IMG/VR virus record: IMGVR_UViG_3300042884_001120
Span: 90,361 to 154,360 of that record
Length of the DNA: 64,000 nt
Origin: a virus
Strand: one strand, 5' to 3'
In this document: piece after piece, positions 19,671-30,187 of the stretch
Layout of the letters: each line of letters opens with the position of its first letter
Position numbering within the stretch: the stretch's first letter is position 1
Translations under genes and position numbers: made by a program
The notes under the pieces: model-generated
Told to the model about the DNA's origin: nothing
The model's database searches: none
Seen by the model: the letters and a program-made list of their open reading frames with translations, nothing else

Positions 19671-21572
19671 TTAAATCAGCACGGCTACAAATTCAGTGTT
19701 CTTTTTCTTATTATTTTCTGGAGATATCATATCAAAATAACATTTTACAGCCCAATTACCTAACATTAGTGTTGTATAATTATCCTTTCTCGCACGATTA
19801 ACGCTAGTTGACTTTCTTAAGTGCGAAGGTAGGTCAAAGCTTTGTGTTCCCCTAGAAGTGGTCGTAACTTCAACATTGGCACACTGGTCTTTTGTATCCT
19901 TAACAATAAAGTCTTGCTGTTCTATAAATTCTCTAACTGTTAATTTTTTTGTTTCATATTCATTATCAGCACGATCTCCAATACCCCTTGGATAAACATA
20001 ATCCATTGGCAAATTCATAGTAAACATATTTTCTAAAATTTCAGGGTGATTACTAGCTCTAGATGCAAACCATATTTTTTTATGATCAATACAAGTCTGC
20101 AAATAAGAGTTGGCTCTACCTAAAAACGCTGACGTGAAATACTGCTTTACGCAAATCGCCCCAATATCTTTATTATATTGCCTAGCTGCCTCTTTTAACA
20201 TTTTACTATAATCTTCATTTTCCGCATCGGAATCAAAATCTATAAACTTAATAGACCTGTTCATGTCTTTAAAATATTGAGAATTATTTACAGCATCAAT
20301 AAAGGTATCTGCACCAGCATGGTCAATAATCATGAATGTTATATTAAAATTCTTAAATATATAATATAAATACTTAATATGATCCTGTAAAGAACTGCCA
20401 GCCGCTTGATACCCATGAACAAGTATTCCCTGTTTCTTTTCCTCGTCTAGCTCAATAACGCTCATTGCAAAATAGTCAGAGCTTCTAGAAGAAGAGAAGT
20501 TAGGATCTATAGCAAGTATATACTTTTTATCAGCATCTCCAATAATTTTTGTAGTTGGATATTCACCATCTGGTATTGTACAGACATGCATTTTCTTTGG
20601 CGAAAAATAACTATCACCACCATCAATAAATCTTGCACAATATTCTCGAAGGAATGAGTTGTGTGAACTGCCTCCATTTTTGGCTAATTGAATTGCAGCC
20701 TGATCTACCATGTGATTAGGTAATGCCTCATAACCTAACTGTGATATAAAGTACGTACCGGGTAATTCCCCTTCTTTTGCCTCTTGCTCTTCTGGATTTT
20801 CAATTAAATTCGCCCATTGCTCGTGTACCCTAAACAAATGCTCGAAAGTATAGCTAGCAGAACTAAGTGCTAGCATTTGAGAAGTGTTTTCAAAAATTTG
20901 TTTATTATCTGGATGCAATAAACCCTTTTTAATAAGTTCTTCTTCTAACTTTCTAGTTCTAATTCTATCACTAACATCTCTTGGTGAACTCAAGAACGGC
21001 ATTAGCACGTTATCAATAATATCTGGAGGCAACAATAGAAACTCGTCAAGAATAAGAACGTTTGCACGAATACCACGAATCTTTTCGCCAGTAAGCGGGA
21101 TAGCAGTAATGCTACCACCATTGATTAGCCATTCGTATTGATCATTACGTTTCATTTTGTCACCAAAACATTGTCTTGCCAACGATGCCTCTGGACTTGC
21201 TAAAAATTTCTCAATTTCATTAAACAGTCTTCTACTTGTACGAAAGTTAATTGACGCGATTAATATTTTAGTACCGGGCTCGAAAATGCATTTTAGTACG
21301 CAGTAAACAGCTGCACTAAAACTTTTTGCGCAACCACGACCCCAAACCAACATGCAATAATTACGATTAAAAAATGATTTTATCGTTAATTCCTGATAGG
21401 ACTCTAAAGTAATGCCAAGTGCTAACTCAGTGGTAAAGCCCAAGTTATGGCGCATGAATTTAGCCAGTGACCGTCTAGCGTCTTCATCACTAAGCTCACC
21501 AGTAAGTTTTAATAACTCCTCGTTAACGTTAGTGGGATTTTTACTGCGTTGACTTCCTACTATTAAGCTCAT
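19671..21572 (-). CDS. terL: terminase large subunit
   Basis: Walker A WGRGCAKS, IRG, Walker B LILDE, REYCARF, RNase H-like AIDP...SDYF...KD. Confidence 0.92.
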   Translation of the reverse strand: MSLIVGSQRSKNPTNVNEELLKLTGELSDEDARRSLAKFMRHNLGFTTELALGITLESYQELTIKSFFNRNYCMLVWGRGCAKSFSAAVYCVLKCIFEPGTKILIASINFRTSRRLFNEIEKFLASPEASLARQCFGDKMKRNDQYEWLINGGSITAIPLTGEKIRGIRANVLILDEFLLLPPDIIDNVLMPFLSSPRDVSDRIRTRKLEEELIKKGLLHPDNKQIFENTSQMLALSSASYTFEHLFRVHEQWANLIENPEEQEAKEGELPGTYFISQLGYEALPNHMVDQAAIQLAKNGGSSHNSFLREYCARFIDGGDSYFSPKKMHVCTIPDGEYPTTKIIGDADKKYILAIDPNFSSSRSSDYFAMSVIELDEEKKQGILVHGYQAAGSSLQDHIKYLYYIFKNFNITFMIIDHAGADTFIDAVNNSQYFKDMNRSIKFIDFDSDAENEDYSKMLKEAARQYNKDIGAICVKQYFTSAFLGRANSYLQTCIDHKKIWFASRASNHPEILENMFTMNLPMDYVYPRGIGDRADNEYETKKLTVREFIEQQDFIVKDTKDQCANVEVTTTSRGTQSFDLPSHLRKSTSVNRARKDNYTTLMLGNWAVKCYFDMISPENNKKKNTEFVAVLI

Positions 21573-22507
21573 AGCTTTACCTCGTTATCAAATAGATATT
21601 GTAAATCAGTAGTTTTAGCTTTTTCTTTCATATCTAAAATGTATAATACTTTTTTTGTTAAATCTGCCCTGCCATCACAAAAGACAAACTGAACATTATC
21701 AAATTGTCTACATATTTTTCTCATATGGTGCATTATATAGTCACCACTGCACATTCCGAAAGTTCTTTTGCAATAAAGCGCAGTATTTAGAGGTGATTCA
21801 ATTAAAACTACTATATAAATCCCAAGTTTTTTAGCTCTTTCTATTTCCCTAACAAACCTATCAAACCCACCACTTAATGTAGAGAAGAAGTCACTTATAC
21901 TTTTTCTCTCTATAACTAAACTATCATCTTTATGTACAGCGTAATCCCCACATTCTAATTTGGAAGAAATTATTTTTAAATCATTAAACTGTAAGGGTTT
22001 TTGCTCTCTAGTATCTACAACCATTTGATCTAATGATATGTTATTTAAGTCTTTTATAGTATGTTTTTCTTTATAATTAAAATTACATTTTAATTTCAAT
22101 GAACTAGCTATGTCACAAAAAGATTTTCCACAAAACTCATGAAATGTTTCAATAGATGGCAAACAAGCTATTGTTTTTATTTGCGACTGACTTGGAATAC
22201 AGTCTAATCCCTTAACTAAACAATAATCAGTAAGTTTAGATATTAAATAATTGCACGAAGATTCTAAATCAGACTCTTTTAGCCATTTTTTTAAATTTCT
22301 TTTATTGATAAAATCATTTAAATAGTATTGTTCAAAGGATTTATATTCTATTTTTTGCGCATCAAGGAAATCTGATTTTGGGTAGTACTGTGTAAAGTAT
22401 TTTTTTGCAGTAATTTTGTGTATTTTTACGTGCTTTACAATTTCATCCCCATTTTCAAAATTCTTATTGCAAATTTTGCACTGTAAGTATATAGAATATT
22501 TATTCAT
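21569..22507 (-). CDS. ERCC4 (XPF/Mus81-type) nuclease with N-terminal C2H2 zinc finger
   Basis: CKIC..HVKIH; VDTREQ, GDY, ERKS motifs. Confidence 0.8.
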   Translation of the reverse strand: MNKYSIYLQCKICNKNFENGDEIVKHVKIHKITAKKYFTQYYPKSDFLDAQKIEYKSFEQYYLNDFINKRNLKKWLKESDLESSCNYLISKLTDYCLVKGLDCIPSQSQIKTIACLPSIETFHEFCGKSFCDIASSLKLKCNFNYKEKHTIKDLNNISLDQMVVDTREQKPLQFNDLKIISSKLECGDYAVHKDDSLVIERKSISDFFSTLSGGFDRFVREIERAKKLGIYIVVLIESPLNTALYCKRTFGMCSGDYIMHHMRKICRQFDNVQFVFCDGRADLTKKVLYILDMKEKAKTTDLQYLFDNEVKL

Positions 22508-22512
22508 AATTG

Positions 22513-23631
22513 TTATCCATTAACCATGTCATTTATATCTATTCCACGAATAACCGCCTTTAATTCGTCCATGGAAGATAATCTCGCAGCCTCCTGCTTT
22601 AAGTTTTCTTTTTGGGCTTCAGCTAGTAATATAATACCCTTTCTTCTTTCCTCGTCTTTCCATGCTTGTACTAAATTTAAAATACTCGCATTCTCATCTT
22701 TACGCTGCTGTAGGCGTTTAGACCTATCATCAACAAGGGATTTATACAATTTTTGCTGTCGAGATCTACATTGGTTATATTCTGTATGTAGATTATTTAT
22801 AGCGTCATTAAGTTGCATTTTAATATTTCTACCCTCGCCATCTCCACTACTATTTCTTAACATCTCTCTCAACTCTTCTACTTGCTGTAAAACACTTGCG
22901 GCAGTAACTACTTCAGTACATAGAACAATAAACTGATCCAACTCTTCCTGACTAAGCGCTTCCTTGTCATACGTATATCTTATGAAAGCATCTTCAAATA
23001 ACTGCCGATCTCCAGAAGTTTTATATGTATTTATCTGATAACAAAAACTAAAAGTATTTAAATATCTTTGTAGTACGTCAATTTGTTTTAACTGCGATGC
23101 TTTTAAAACGTCGAGTGACCAACCTAAATTTAAATATTTATTTATTCTAAATAGAACCTGATCTTGCCTTCTGGGTGGGAAATAAGCACCCACTGGGGTT
23201 TGCGCATCCCTATCGGGGTTATAATTAATAGTTTCCAGATGTTCTGGATCTTGCTTTTGTAAAGACTGTATATAAGCATTGACCTCCCTACATTCAAGAG
23301 TTACATGTGTTAACCTGTCATTAGTAAATAGTGTTTTTGCTAATTCAACATAATGCTGATCTTTATAATTATTTTTAATAAATTCCTTTTGCTCGTCCGT
23401 TAATTCAACCCTCTCTCTTTGGGTAACTGACTTGTTTTTATAAGTAATTTTATTATCAAGTAAAAATTTCTTTACATTCCGCCCTTCCTTACTTCTACTA
23501 TCAATAGAATCGTCCTGATATGCATATGCAGTTAACTCAGTAATTGTTGCATCTGGGTTTTTGGCCACCAATTCTCTTATCCTCTGTTTTTGCTCTGGCA
23601 GTAAATCTGCATCAGTTATCTCTTCGCTCAT
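22513..23631 (-). CDS. hypothetical protein, possible terminase small subunit
   Basis: 372 aa, repeated N-terminal HTH-like segments (PEQKQRI / DEQKEFI) and C-terminal coiled coil, upstream of TerL. Confidence 0.4.
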   Translation of the reverse strand: MSEEITDADLLPEQKQRIRELVAKNPDATITELTAYAYQDDSIDSRSKEGRNVKKFLLDNKITYKNKSVTQRERVELTDEQKEFIKNNYKDQHYVELAKTLFTNDRLTHVTLECREVNAYIQSLQKQDPEHLETINYNPDRDAQTPVGAYFPPRRQDQVLFRINKYLNLGWSLDVLKASQLKQIDVLQRYLNTFSFCYQINTYKTSGDRQLFEDAFIRYTYDKEALSQEELDQFIVLCTEVVTAASVLQQVEELREMLRNSSGDGEGRNIKMQLNDAINNLHTEYNQCRSRQQKLYKSLVDDRSKRLQQRKDENASILNLVQAWKDEERRKGIILLAEAQKENLKQEAARLSSMDELKAVIRGIDINDMVNG

Positions 23632-24320
23632 AGTATTTCCTTTGCAAGTTCTCTAGCTTTTTGTAAAACTTTAGATTTAATTTTACTTATTTGTCTATAA
23701 GCTGGCCTGCCATCTTTATAACTTAATTTATATCCCATTTTTTTTGCTATAGCGGCCTCCTCTAAGTGCTGTAAAAACATTAAATCATATAATTTCCATT
23801 CAATATTCGACAAGTTTTTTTTCATTATATCGTTAAATGATGGAATCATTCCTTCGATATCTATATAAGATTCCTTGCTTTCTATAAGAGACTCTAAATT
23901 TGTTTCTGGATTTTGTGTGTTTGGAGTATGTATGCTTACTGGAAATTTTATATCATAAGCATTCTTTTTTGTTTTTTCCCATTTAGAATAAGATTTACAA
24001 GAATTGTTCTGTGTGCCGTATACCGAGCAATTATGGTCTCCGGTATTGTATGGACATTTTAAACATGGTCGTGAAAAATTTGAATAATGATTTCTTAACA
24101 TGTTCGTAATCTGATGGTTAATTACTTGATTTAACCAAGGTCTTAATGGCCTTACGTCATCCCATTTATCCCATTTATTATAAATATGAATCCTAAGCCT
24201 CTGTGATACATCTTGAAAATCCATCCAAGCAATAGCAGTTAAGTGCCAGCGATTTTTACGTTTACTAATTTCTTCGTCAATAATATCAATACTATCTTCA
24301 AATGAAGGCTTTATTGTCAT
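23628..24320 (-). CDS. sigma-70/ECF-like RNA polymerase sigma factor with Cys-rich insert
   Basis: region-2-like DFQDVSQ...WLNQVINHQITNMLR; CLKC..C..C insert; region-4-like LSNIEWKL...IAKKMGY. Confidence 0.65.
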   Translation of the reverse strand: MTIKPSFEDSIDIIDEEISKRKNRWHLTAIAWMDFQDVSQRLRIHIYNKWDKWDDVRPLRPWLNQVINHQITNMLRNHYSNFSRPCLKCPYNTGDHNCSVYGTQNNSCKSYSKWEKTKKNAYDIKFPVSIHTPNTQNPETNLESLIESKESYIDIEGMIPSFNDIMKKNLSNIEWKLYDLMFLQHLEEAAIAKKMGYKLSYKDGRPAYRQISKIKSKVLQKARELAKEIL

Positions 24321-24331
24321 AATAAATTATT

Positions 24332-24871
24332 TTAAGCCTGTCCGTTATTACCACGAAGTGAACCCGCCTCTTTTTGAAAATCACTCAGAACATCATCAGC
24401 TGTCCTATTATGAATCGGGGCATTATCATTAAATGAGTCACTTGATGGTTTATAATTATTTACGTAACCATTTGTTAATAAATTCTCGAAAGAAATTCCC
24501 TCGGCCCTTCGTGCTTCAACTTTAAATTGTGGCTTTATGTATTTAAATTTACTAGTATCAAAATCTTCAGAATCTATATATTCAATATCATCACTAGCGA
24601 ACTGTTGCTCACTTGAAGTATCTTCGGATAAAATGTTTACCCTATATTGTGGTGGCATGATCTTTTCAAGAGTAGCATTTATACGCTCATTCTGCTCTTG
24701 GCTCAATGGCTTGGCTTCTGCTAGGGACGCAGAGTTAGACGGGAAGAGTTTTTTTAAATTATCGGACACATTTGGTTTGGTCGCAAAGCTAACACCACAT
24801 TCCGAACAAAATTTTGGCATGTTTAAATTATATATAGTGGGCTTACCACACGAGGAGCAGAAATATTTCAT
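24332..24871 (-). CDS. zinc-ribbon protein
   Basis: FCSSCG...FCSECG N-terminus. Confidence 0.6.
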   Translation of the reverse strand: MKYFCSSCGKPTIYNLNMPKFCSECGVSFATKPNVSDNLKKLFPSNSASLAEAKPLSQEQNERINATLEKIMPPQYRVNILSEDTSSEQQFASDDIEYIDSEDFDTSKFKYIKPQFKVEARRAEGISFENLLTNGYVNNYKPSSDSFNDNAPIHNRTADDVLSDFQKEAGSLRGNNGQA

Positions 24872-24958
24872 ACACTTATTATCAAATAATTACACATAAA
24901 ATTCTAAATTCTCTTTTGAATGGCCTTTTGGTAATATTCACAGTGTAATATTATATTA

Positions 24959-25549
24959 ATGCTTTCGTTAACTAGTTCGGATATTTTTAAAACAATACAA
25001 AACGATTTGGCTGAAAATGATGGTAAAATTTTTATACAAAAAGGCAAGTATTGCGCTGGTCATAGCAAGTGCGAAGGAATCTTTTACTTTAATAGTAAAG
25101 AACAACCTATAATAAAAGTAGCAACTGGCGGCAAAACACAAGAAGAATGGGTTGGCGTATTAATTCATGAGTACTGTCATTTTTTACAATGGCATGAGAA
25201 TAGTAAAATTTGGGAAGAGTTTGATAACCAAGACTTTACGTTTGAAAATGTTATAAGTAATCCCAAAAAATTTAAGAAAGAGATTTTAGTTTTATTGAAA
25301 TTAGAATTAGACTGTGAAAAACGTGCGGTTAAAATAATAAAAAATAATAAACTATTTTGTACTAAAGAGTACGCCAAATTTGCTAACGCGATTCTCTATA
25401 AATATGGTTATTTATATGTAAATAACATTTGGCCGAATTCTGGCGCTAAATATAGAGCAATAGCAGATCACTGCCCAAATGTTCTATTAAAATCGCATCT
25501 TAACTATATAGAAATACCTAATTCTATAAGTACACTATACTCAAGTTAA
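24959..25549 (+). CDS. HExxH metallopeptidase-like protein
   Basis: LIHEYCH plus downstream ELDCE. Confidence 0.6.
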   Translation: MLSLTSSDIFKTIQNDLAENDGKIFIQKGKYCAGHSKCEGIFYFNSKEQPIIKVATGGKTQEEWVGVLIHEYCHFLQWHENSKIWEEFDNQDFTFENVISNPKKFKKEILVLLKLELDCEKRAVKIIKNNKLFCTKEYAKFANAILYKYGYLYVNNIWPNSGAKYRAIADHCPNVLLKSHLNYIEIPNSISTLYSS

Positions 25550-25550
25550 C

Positions 25551-26285
25551 TTATCCGCCCCGTCTAAGGCTCTCAAAGCTTTCAATAACATAGGAAAGAA
25601 TTTCAGATCTTACAATATCTTCTTTTCCAAATTGGAAAGTATGTATACCATGTTGTTTTGATACATCATTATCAAACAGATTATAAACACGGTTAAAACC
25701 GCTGTTTTTAATATCTGATTGTTGATCATCACCAAGGATGTATAGATTTGAAAAATTAGCCATACGGCTCATTACGAGTAGGAAGTCTTCCACGCGGCAG
25801 TTCTGGGCTTCGTCCATGATAAATGCGGCGTTTGCAATATTTAAACCACGTAGGAACCCTAGTGGTAAACCTATAAAACGATTGTCATTACTTAATGCCC
25901 TGACTTGTGGTTCTGGTAATAGCTCATTTAATTTGTCCATTAATGGCTGTATGTATGGACTCATTTTTTCATCTGTTGTTCCCTTTATATATCCGATACC
26001 ATGAATTGAACTCTCAACAGGTACTCTGCTATAATAAATTTCTGATATCTTTTTTTCCTTTATTTTTTTCAGGGCCATGTATGTGGCAAGTAATGTTTTG
26101 GATGTTCCAGCGACACCCTTGATTATGATAACCCTTGTATTTTTATCATTTGCTAGTTCAAAAAACTGCTTTTGTTTATCAGTCCAAGGTAATTCTCTTA
26201 AACTTAAATCAATACTTACTTTTGTTCTTTTCTTGTCAACATAGGGAGAAGTATCTTTTTTGCTTTTATCTGTTTTATTTTTCAT
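25551..26285 (-). CDS. phoH: PhoH-like ATPase
   Basis: GVAGTSKT, FLRG, MDEAQN, GDDQQSD, DIVRS. Confidence 0.92.
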   Translation of the reverse strand: MKNKTDKSKKDTSPYVDKKRTKVSIDLSLRELPWTDKQKQFFELANDKNTRVIIIKGVAGTSKTLLATYMALKKIKEKKISEIYYSRVPVESSIHGIGYIKGTTDEKMSPYIQPLMDKLNELLPEPQVRALSNDNRFIGLPLGFLRGLNIANAAFIMDEAQNCRVEDFLLVMSRMANFSNLYILGDDQQSDIKNSGFNRVYNLFDNDVSKQHGIHTFQFGKEDIVRSEILSYVIESFESLRRGG

Positions 26286-26423
26286 AAAAATTTTTGTAGG
26301 AACAAATTCTCGAACGTGAGAATTTATGGGGCGAAGTTTTGAAAAAGTGTCTGAAGACAGTTTGGGCCACTTGAAAATCTATTCCCGAACTATGGGAGGC
26401 CAATATATTCACTACTATATATA

Positions 26424-27101
26424 TTACACTTTATGTAATGTAATTTTACCTAAATTATCTATTGTAATGTAAGAACATTCCGCATAGGTAAAACATCCGG
26501 TATTGGCATATGTAATATCTTCAACATTTGTGTGTTCGTGCTGATGAACATGTGAACAAATAATTGAATTATAATTTTGATTTTTTGCCCACTTAATTGC
26601 ATTTTGCCGCACTCTACTTGCGGCGTGTATCCAATTCTTGCTACGCTTTTTGAAAAAACCCGGCACACGCTGTTCTTTTGGGTCTATTGCCTGTAACCAG
26701 TAATATATTCCGCCCGCTATGTGTGTTAATATAGGATGATCTCCTATGAAACTATCAAATTGATCGCCATGAGTTACAATAATTTTATTATTATTAACAT
26801 TAATTCTAACTTCTCTTGAGTGCTCGTATCCTATGAATTCAGACAGTATCTTTGAAACATCTTCATCGTGATTACCGGCATTCCAGTAACACTTGCTATT
26901 TTTAGTTAGTTTTCGTAAACTCGATAACAGGTGCCAATCTTTTTTGCCTAATCTTTTTGTATGGTTTACATCTATTATATCACCATTTAGTATAATATTT
27001 TTAGCCGGAATATTTTTTATAACCCATTCGAACTTATCATGTTGACAAACCAAACTCGTAAGGTGTAAATCTGAAACAATTAAATACTCATATTCTTTCA
27101 C
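26424..27101 (-). CDS. calcineurin-like metallophosphoesterase (UDP-2,3-diacylglucosamine hydrolase-like)
   Basis: SDLH, GDIID, GNHD, HGDQFD, HVH; probable GTG start at 27101. Confidence 0.75.
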   Translation of the reverse strand: MKEYEYLIVSDLHLTSLVCQHDKFEWVIKNIPAKNIILNGDIIDVNHTKRLGKKDWHLLSSLRKLTKNSKCYWNAGNHDEDVSKILSEFIGYEHSREVRINVNNNKIIVTHGDQFDSFIGDHPILTHIAGGIYYWLQAIDPKEQRVPGFFKKRSKNWIHAASRVRQNAIKWAKNQNYNSIICSHVHQHEHTNVEDITYANTGCFTYAECSYITIDNLGKITLHKV

Positions 27102-27176
27102 ACTATATATTACAAAGTTTTTTTGAACATTCCAACAAAAGTTTTGTCTCAATATTGTAACAAAAATTACAACAAT

Positions 27177-27626
27177 ATGAATATAACACTAGTACCTAAA
27201 AAAATAGTAAACATACCCAATTATACAGTTGGAAGTATTAATTCGTCTTATGATCCATTTCAAATACTTGACACTTGGTCTAGTAAATGGTCTGGAATTT
27301 GGGACGACTTCGACGCGGTCACCAGCCCATCATTCAACTCTAAGCTATTGAATAAGTGGAAGCAAGACGAGACCAATCAGGATAAATTCAAACTTGAAAT
27401 TGAACTTCCAAGGTTTAAATCTGAGAATATTAATGTATCCATAGATAATGGCGTACTACATGTGTCCGCCGAACAGGATAGTTTAAAATTCTATTCTTCG
27501 GAAAGTTTTCCTGACTTTTTAGATGCGAAAACCATTGCGGCCAAACTTGACCACGGCGTTCTTTACGTGTCGGCAAGCAAATTAGAAGCGGCGAAACCAA
27601 GAAAAATTAAAGTACAGGTTGGGTAA
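27177..27626 (+). CDS. small heat shock protein (Hsp20/alpha-crystallin)
   Basis: IELPRFKSENINVSIDNGVLHV...AKLDHGVLYV...PRKIKV. Confidence 0.85.
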   Translation: MNITLVPKKIVNIPNYTVGSINSSYDPFQILDTWSSKWSGIWDDFDAVTSPSFNSKLLNKWKQDETNQDKFKLEIELPRFKSENINVSIDNGVLHVSAEQDSLKFYSSESFPDFLDAKTIAAKLDHGVLYVSASKLEAAKPRKIKVQVG

Positions 27627-27632
27627 GTAATA

Positions 27633-27905
27633 CTAAACCGAATCTTTGGTTGGCGAGTCAGGCTCTTGTTTGGCTCGCCAATTTTTTTTGTACTCACTAA
27701 CCTTGTTTAAATTATTCTTTTGCCACTCGCGAACCTCGGCAATACGATCCTTTTTTATTATTTCGTATCTTTCGCGCTCTACCTTGCGACAGCAGGTTTT
27801 GCACCAAGCGTGAAAACCGTCCCTGCTCTTGCGGTTAATACTAAAGCAAATTAAGGGTATTTCAGTTCGACAAAGGCCGCAGATTTTAGTGACTTCTGCT
27901 TGCAT
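27633..27905 (-). CDS. zinc-binding hypothetical protein (HNH-associated N-terminal type, no nuclease domain)
   Basis: KICGLC...DG..AWCKTC plus basic helix. Confidence 0.5.
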   Translation of the reverse strand: MQAEVTKICGLCRTEIPLICFSINRKSRDGFHAWCKTCCRKVERERYEIIKKDRIAEVREWQKNNLNKVSEYKKNWRAKQEPDSPTKDSV

Positions 27906-27915
27906 TCGGAAAGTT

Positions 27916-28248
27916 TTAATTTATATCCTCTTCAGTTGTGCCTGATTCGGTTGCGTCCTCTTCAGTTGTGACTGGTTCGGTAATATCCCATTGTATTGGA
28001 GGCGCGTCCTCTATCACTTGAGGAACAGGTACTTCCTCAATCACGGGAGGGCGAACCAGATTGTTGTCAATTATATACTGCTCACACTCCTCTAGTGTTC
28101 CGACGAAAAGATTCGCCTGTGTTGATGTATATAAGGGTTCCAGATTATAAGAAATAATATTTTTACTGTCATCAAAAACTAAATGCCAAAGGTTTTCATG
28201 CTCTTCGGCACTAAATGACCATCCTTGTGAATTTTTTTCTATAATCAT
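27916..28248 (-). CDS. hypothetical acidic protein
   Basis: 110 aa, TTEED repeats, co-oriented after the fibre-like gene. Confidence 0.55.
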   Translation of the reverse strand: MIIEKNSQGWSFSAEEHENLWHLVFDDSKNIISYNLEPLYTSTQANLFVGTLEECEQYIIDNNLVRPPVIEEVPVPQVIEDAPPIQWDITEPVTTEEDATESGTTEEDIN

Positions 28249-28255
28249 ATTATTT

Positions 28256-30187
28256 TTAGTTAGTTAGTGTTAGTGTGGAACTGGCGCTATCATACGTGGC
28301 AGTTCTTCCGGCAGCTGAACCCTGTAGGGTTATTACGGAATAATTATTAACTGTAGGTCCGGCGAATAGTTGAAAAGACTCTCCGAGTGCGGGGACAGAA
28401 TTGAACACCACAATTAAACTAGTGCCTGCGCTGAACGATGCAGAAGTTATTCTTGCGTACGGGTCACTAAATGGCAGACGATTTACTAATGTACCACCTG
28501 TTATGGTTGTGGAGCCAGTATATGTCGGACCAATATTTAAAGCAGGGACACCTGAAAGAGTTAATGTACTAAATGGATTTGTTTTAATTAAATTAATATT
28601 ACCAGAAATACTTCCATTGTATATTGAGTTATGGGCATTTTGAGGATTGATTGTTAAATTAGCAACGGTTGAAGAGTTATTAAATATCTTACATCCCGTC
28701 CCTCCGTTGTTAATACTTCTAAAGATTTGACCGTTTCCATTTAAATTAATGGTTTCTGTGCCTCCAAAAGTTATATTATCATTATTAATTGCAAGTGGAA
28801 CATCGCATCTAACATTACTGCCACCAATAATTCTTAAGGTTTGAAACCTATTCCCACTAACAGCTATAATTGCTGTTGTCACGCCTATAAAACCAAAATT
28901 AACAGCTGTACTATTAAAAATTACAGGAGAGCCAGTTAAAATAGCAGTTGTATTAGTGTTTCCAAAAATATTTACAAGAACTGCTCCCCAAGTTGGTGTT
29001 CCTGAAATACCACCATTAAATGTTAAAGTAATGGATGGAGCACCGAAAGCAAACTGAACATTTTGATTAACGGGACCGCCAGTAACAAAGGTAATCGGAC
29101 CATTAAATGTTGTAGACTTTCCTACATTGATTAATGACAGAGTGCCTACACCGGAAACATAAGATGAATAAATAGGATTGTTGATAACAACAGTTGCTGG
29201 TATGGCAGTTGGTTGTATTAGAATAGGAAATGACGCAGTTGTTTGTAAATAAACACTTCCAGTTCCAAATGGGTTGCTATTAAAAACGCTCACAAAACCA
29301 CTATTAATAAATGTATCTCCTGTATAGGTATTATTACCACTCAATGATAATACTCCTGATCCAAGTTTTGTTAAATTTCCAGAGCCGCCAATATTTCCAC
29401 CAAGAACAATTGGGCCACTATTACAATTTACACCCCTACGCGTTCCAGATAGTAGAATATCATTACGAATTGTCTGGGTTCTGCTGGTATTATTTACGAT
29501 TCCACTATAGGTTAGAATAAATCTATTACCAGTAATAGTAATTGCTCTGGAACCCGCATCAAATATTATACCATTGAATTGCGTGTCCGTTGGGAGATCG
29601 TTAAAAGCACGGTTAGGACCGATGGGGTCGCTGAAGTAAATTGCGTCATAATTAACGGGAACCAGACCATTCGCCCAGTTTACTCCGCTGCTAAACACAG
29701 GGTTCTGCGTAGGTGTACCTGGCGCGCCATTAATCCATGCTTGATCTGCGTACCCATTTACCAAATAATCAACATTAAAATCCAACTTATCTATTTCCGC
29801 CTGATATTTATTAACATTATTTATTCTAATGGTTCTGTCTATTGTGCCCATTTGTGCCCCGGTTAGATTAAAATTAACAGTCTTATTGGCGGCGCCGGTT
29901 ATAGAATTACGATTGGCATAAATACCAGTTGCCACATCCTCCAAACTCTCTTTTGTTAGGTAGTTGTTTTCAAAACGCAGCGTTTGCAAAAGCGGGGCGC
30001 CAGATGTAGATATACCAGTGAGTACTGTTATACCATTACCAGATGCGGTAATGCCGGTAAGGTTAGGAAATATTGATAAATCAACAGTACCGCCCAGTGG
30101 CGTACCACCAACGCCAGTTGGGGAAGTTAACTCTAACCCGAGTTCCCTGATAAATGTTCCACCTAAAATTCCAATTTGTTCTGGCAT
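28256..30187 (-). CDS. putative receptor-binding/fibre protein with LRR-like N-terminus and autotransporter-associated beta-strand (PATR) repeats
   Basis: GSGNLTKLGSGVLSLSGNNTYTGDTFINSG and TYTGSTTITGGTL; DLSIFPNL...LQTLRFENNYL. Confidence 0.65.
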   Translation of the reverse strand: MPEQIGILGGTFIRELGLELTSPTGVGGTPLGGTVDLSIFPNLTGITASGNGITVLTGISTSGAPLLQTLRFENNYLTKESLEDVATGIYANRNSITGAANKTVNFNLTGAQMGTIDRTIRINNVNKYQAEIDKLDFNVDYLVNGYADQAWINGAPGTPTQNPVFSSGVNWANGLVPVNYDAIYFSDPIGPNRAFNDLPTDTQFNGIIFDAGSRAITITGNRFILTYSGIVNNTSRTQTIRNDILLSGTRRGVNCNSGPIVLGGNIGGSGNLTKLGSGVLSLSGNNTYTGDTFINSGFVSVFNSNPFGTGSVYLQTTASFPILIQPTAIPATVVINNPIYSSYVSGVGTLSLINVGKSTTFNGPITFVTGGPVNQNVQFAFGAPSITLTFNGGISGTPTWGAVLVNIFGNTNTTAILTGSPVIFNSTAVNFGFIGVTTAIIAVSGNRFQTLRIIGGSNVRCDVPLAINNDNITFGGTETINLNGNGQIFRSINNGGTGCKIFNNSSTVANLTINPQNAHNSIYNGSISGNINLIKTNPFSTLTLSGVPALNIGPTYTGSTTITGGTLVNRLPFSDPYARITSASFSAGTSLIVVFNSVPALGESFQLFAGPTVNNYSVITLQGSAAGRTATYDSASSTLTLTN

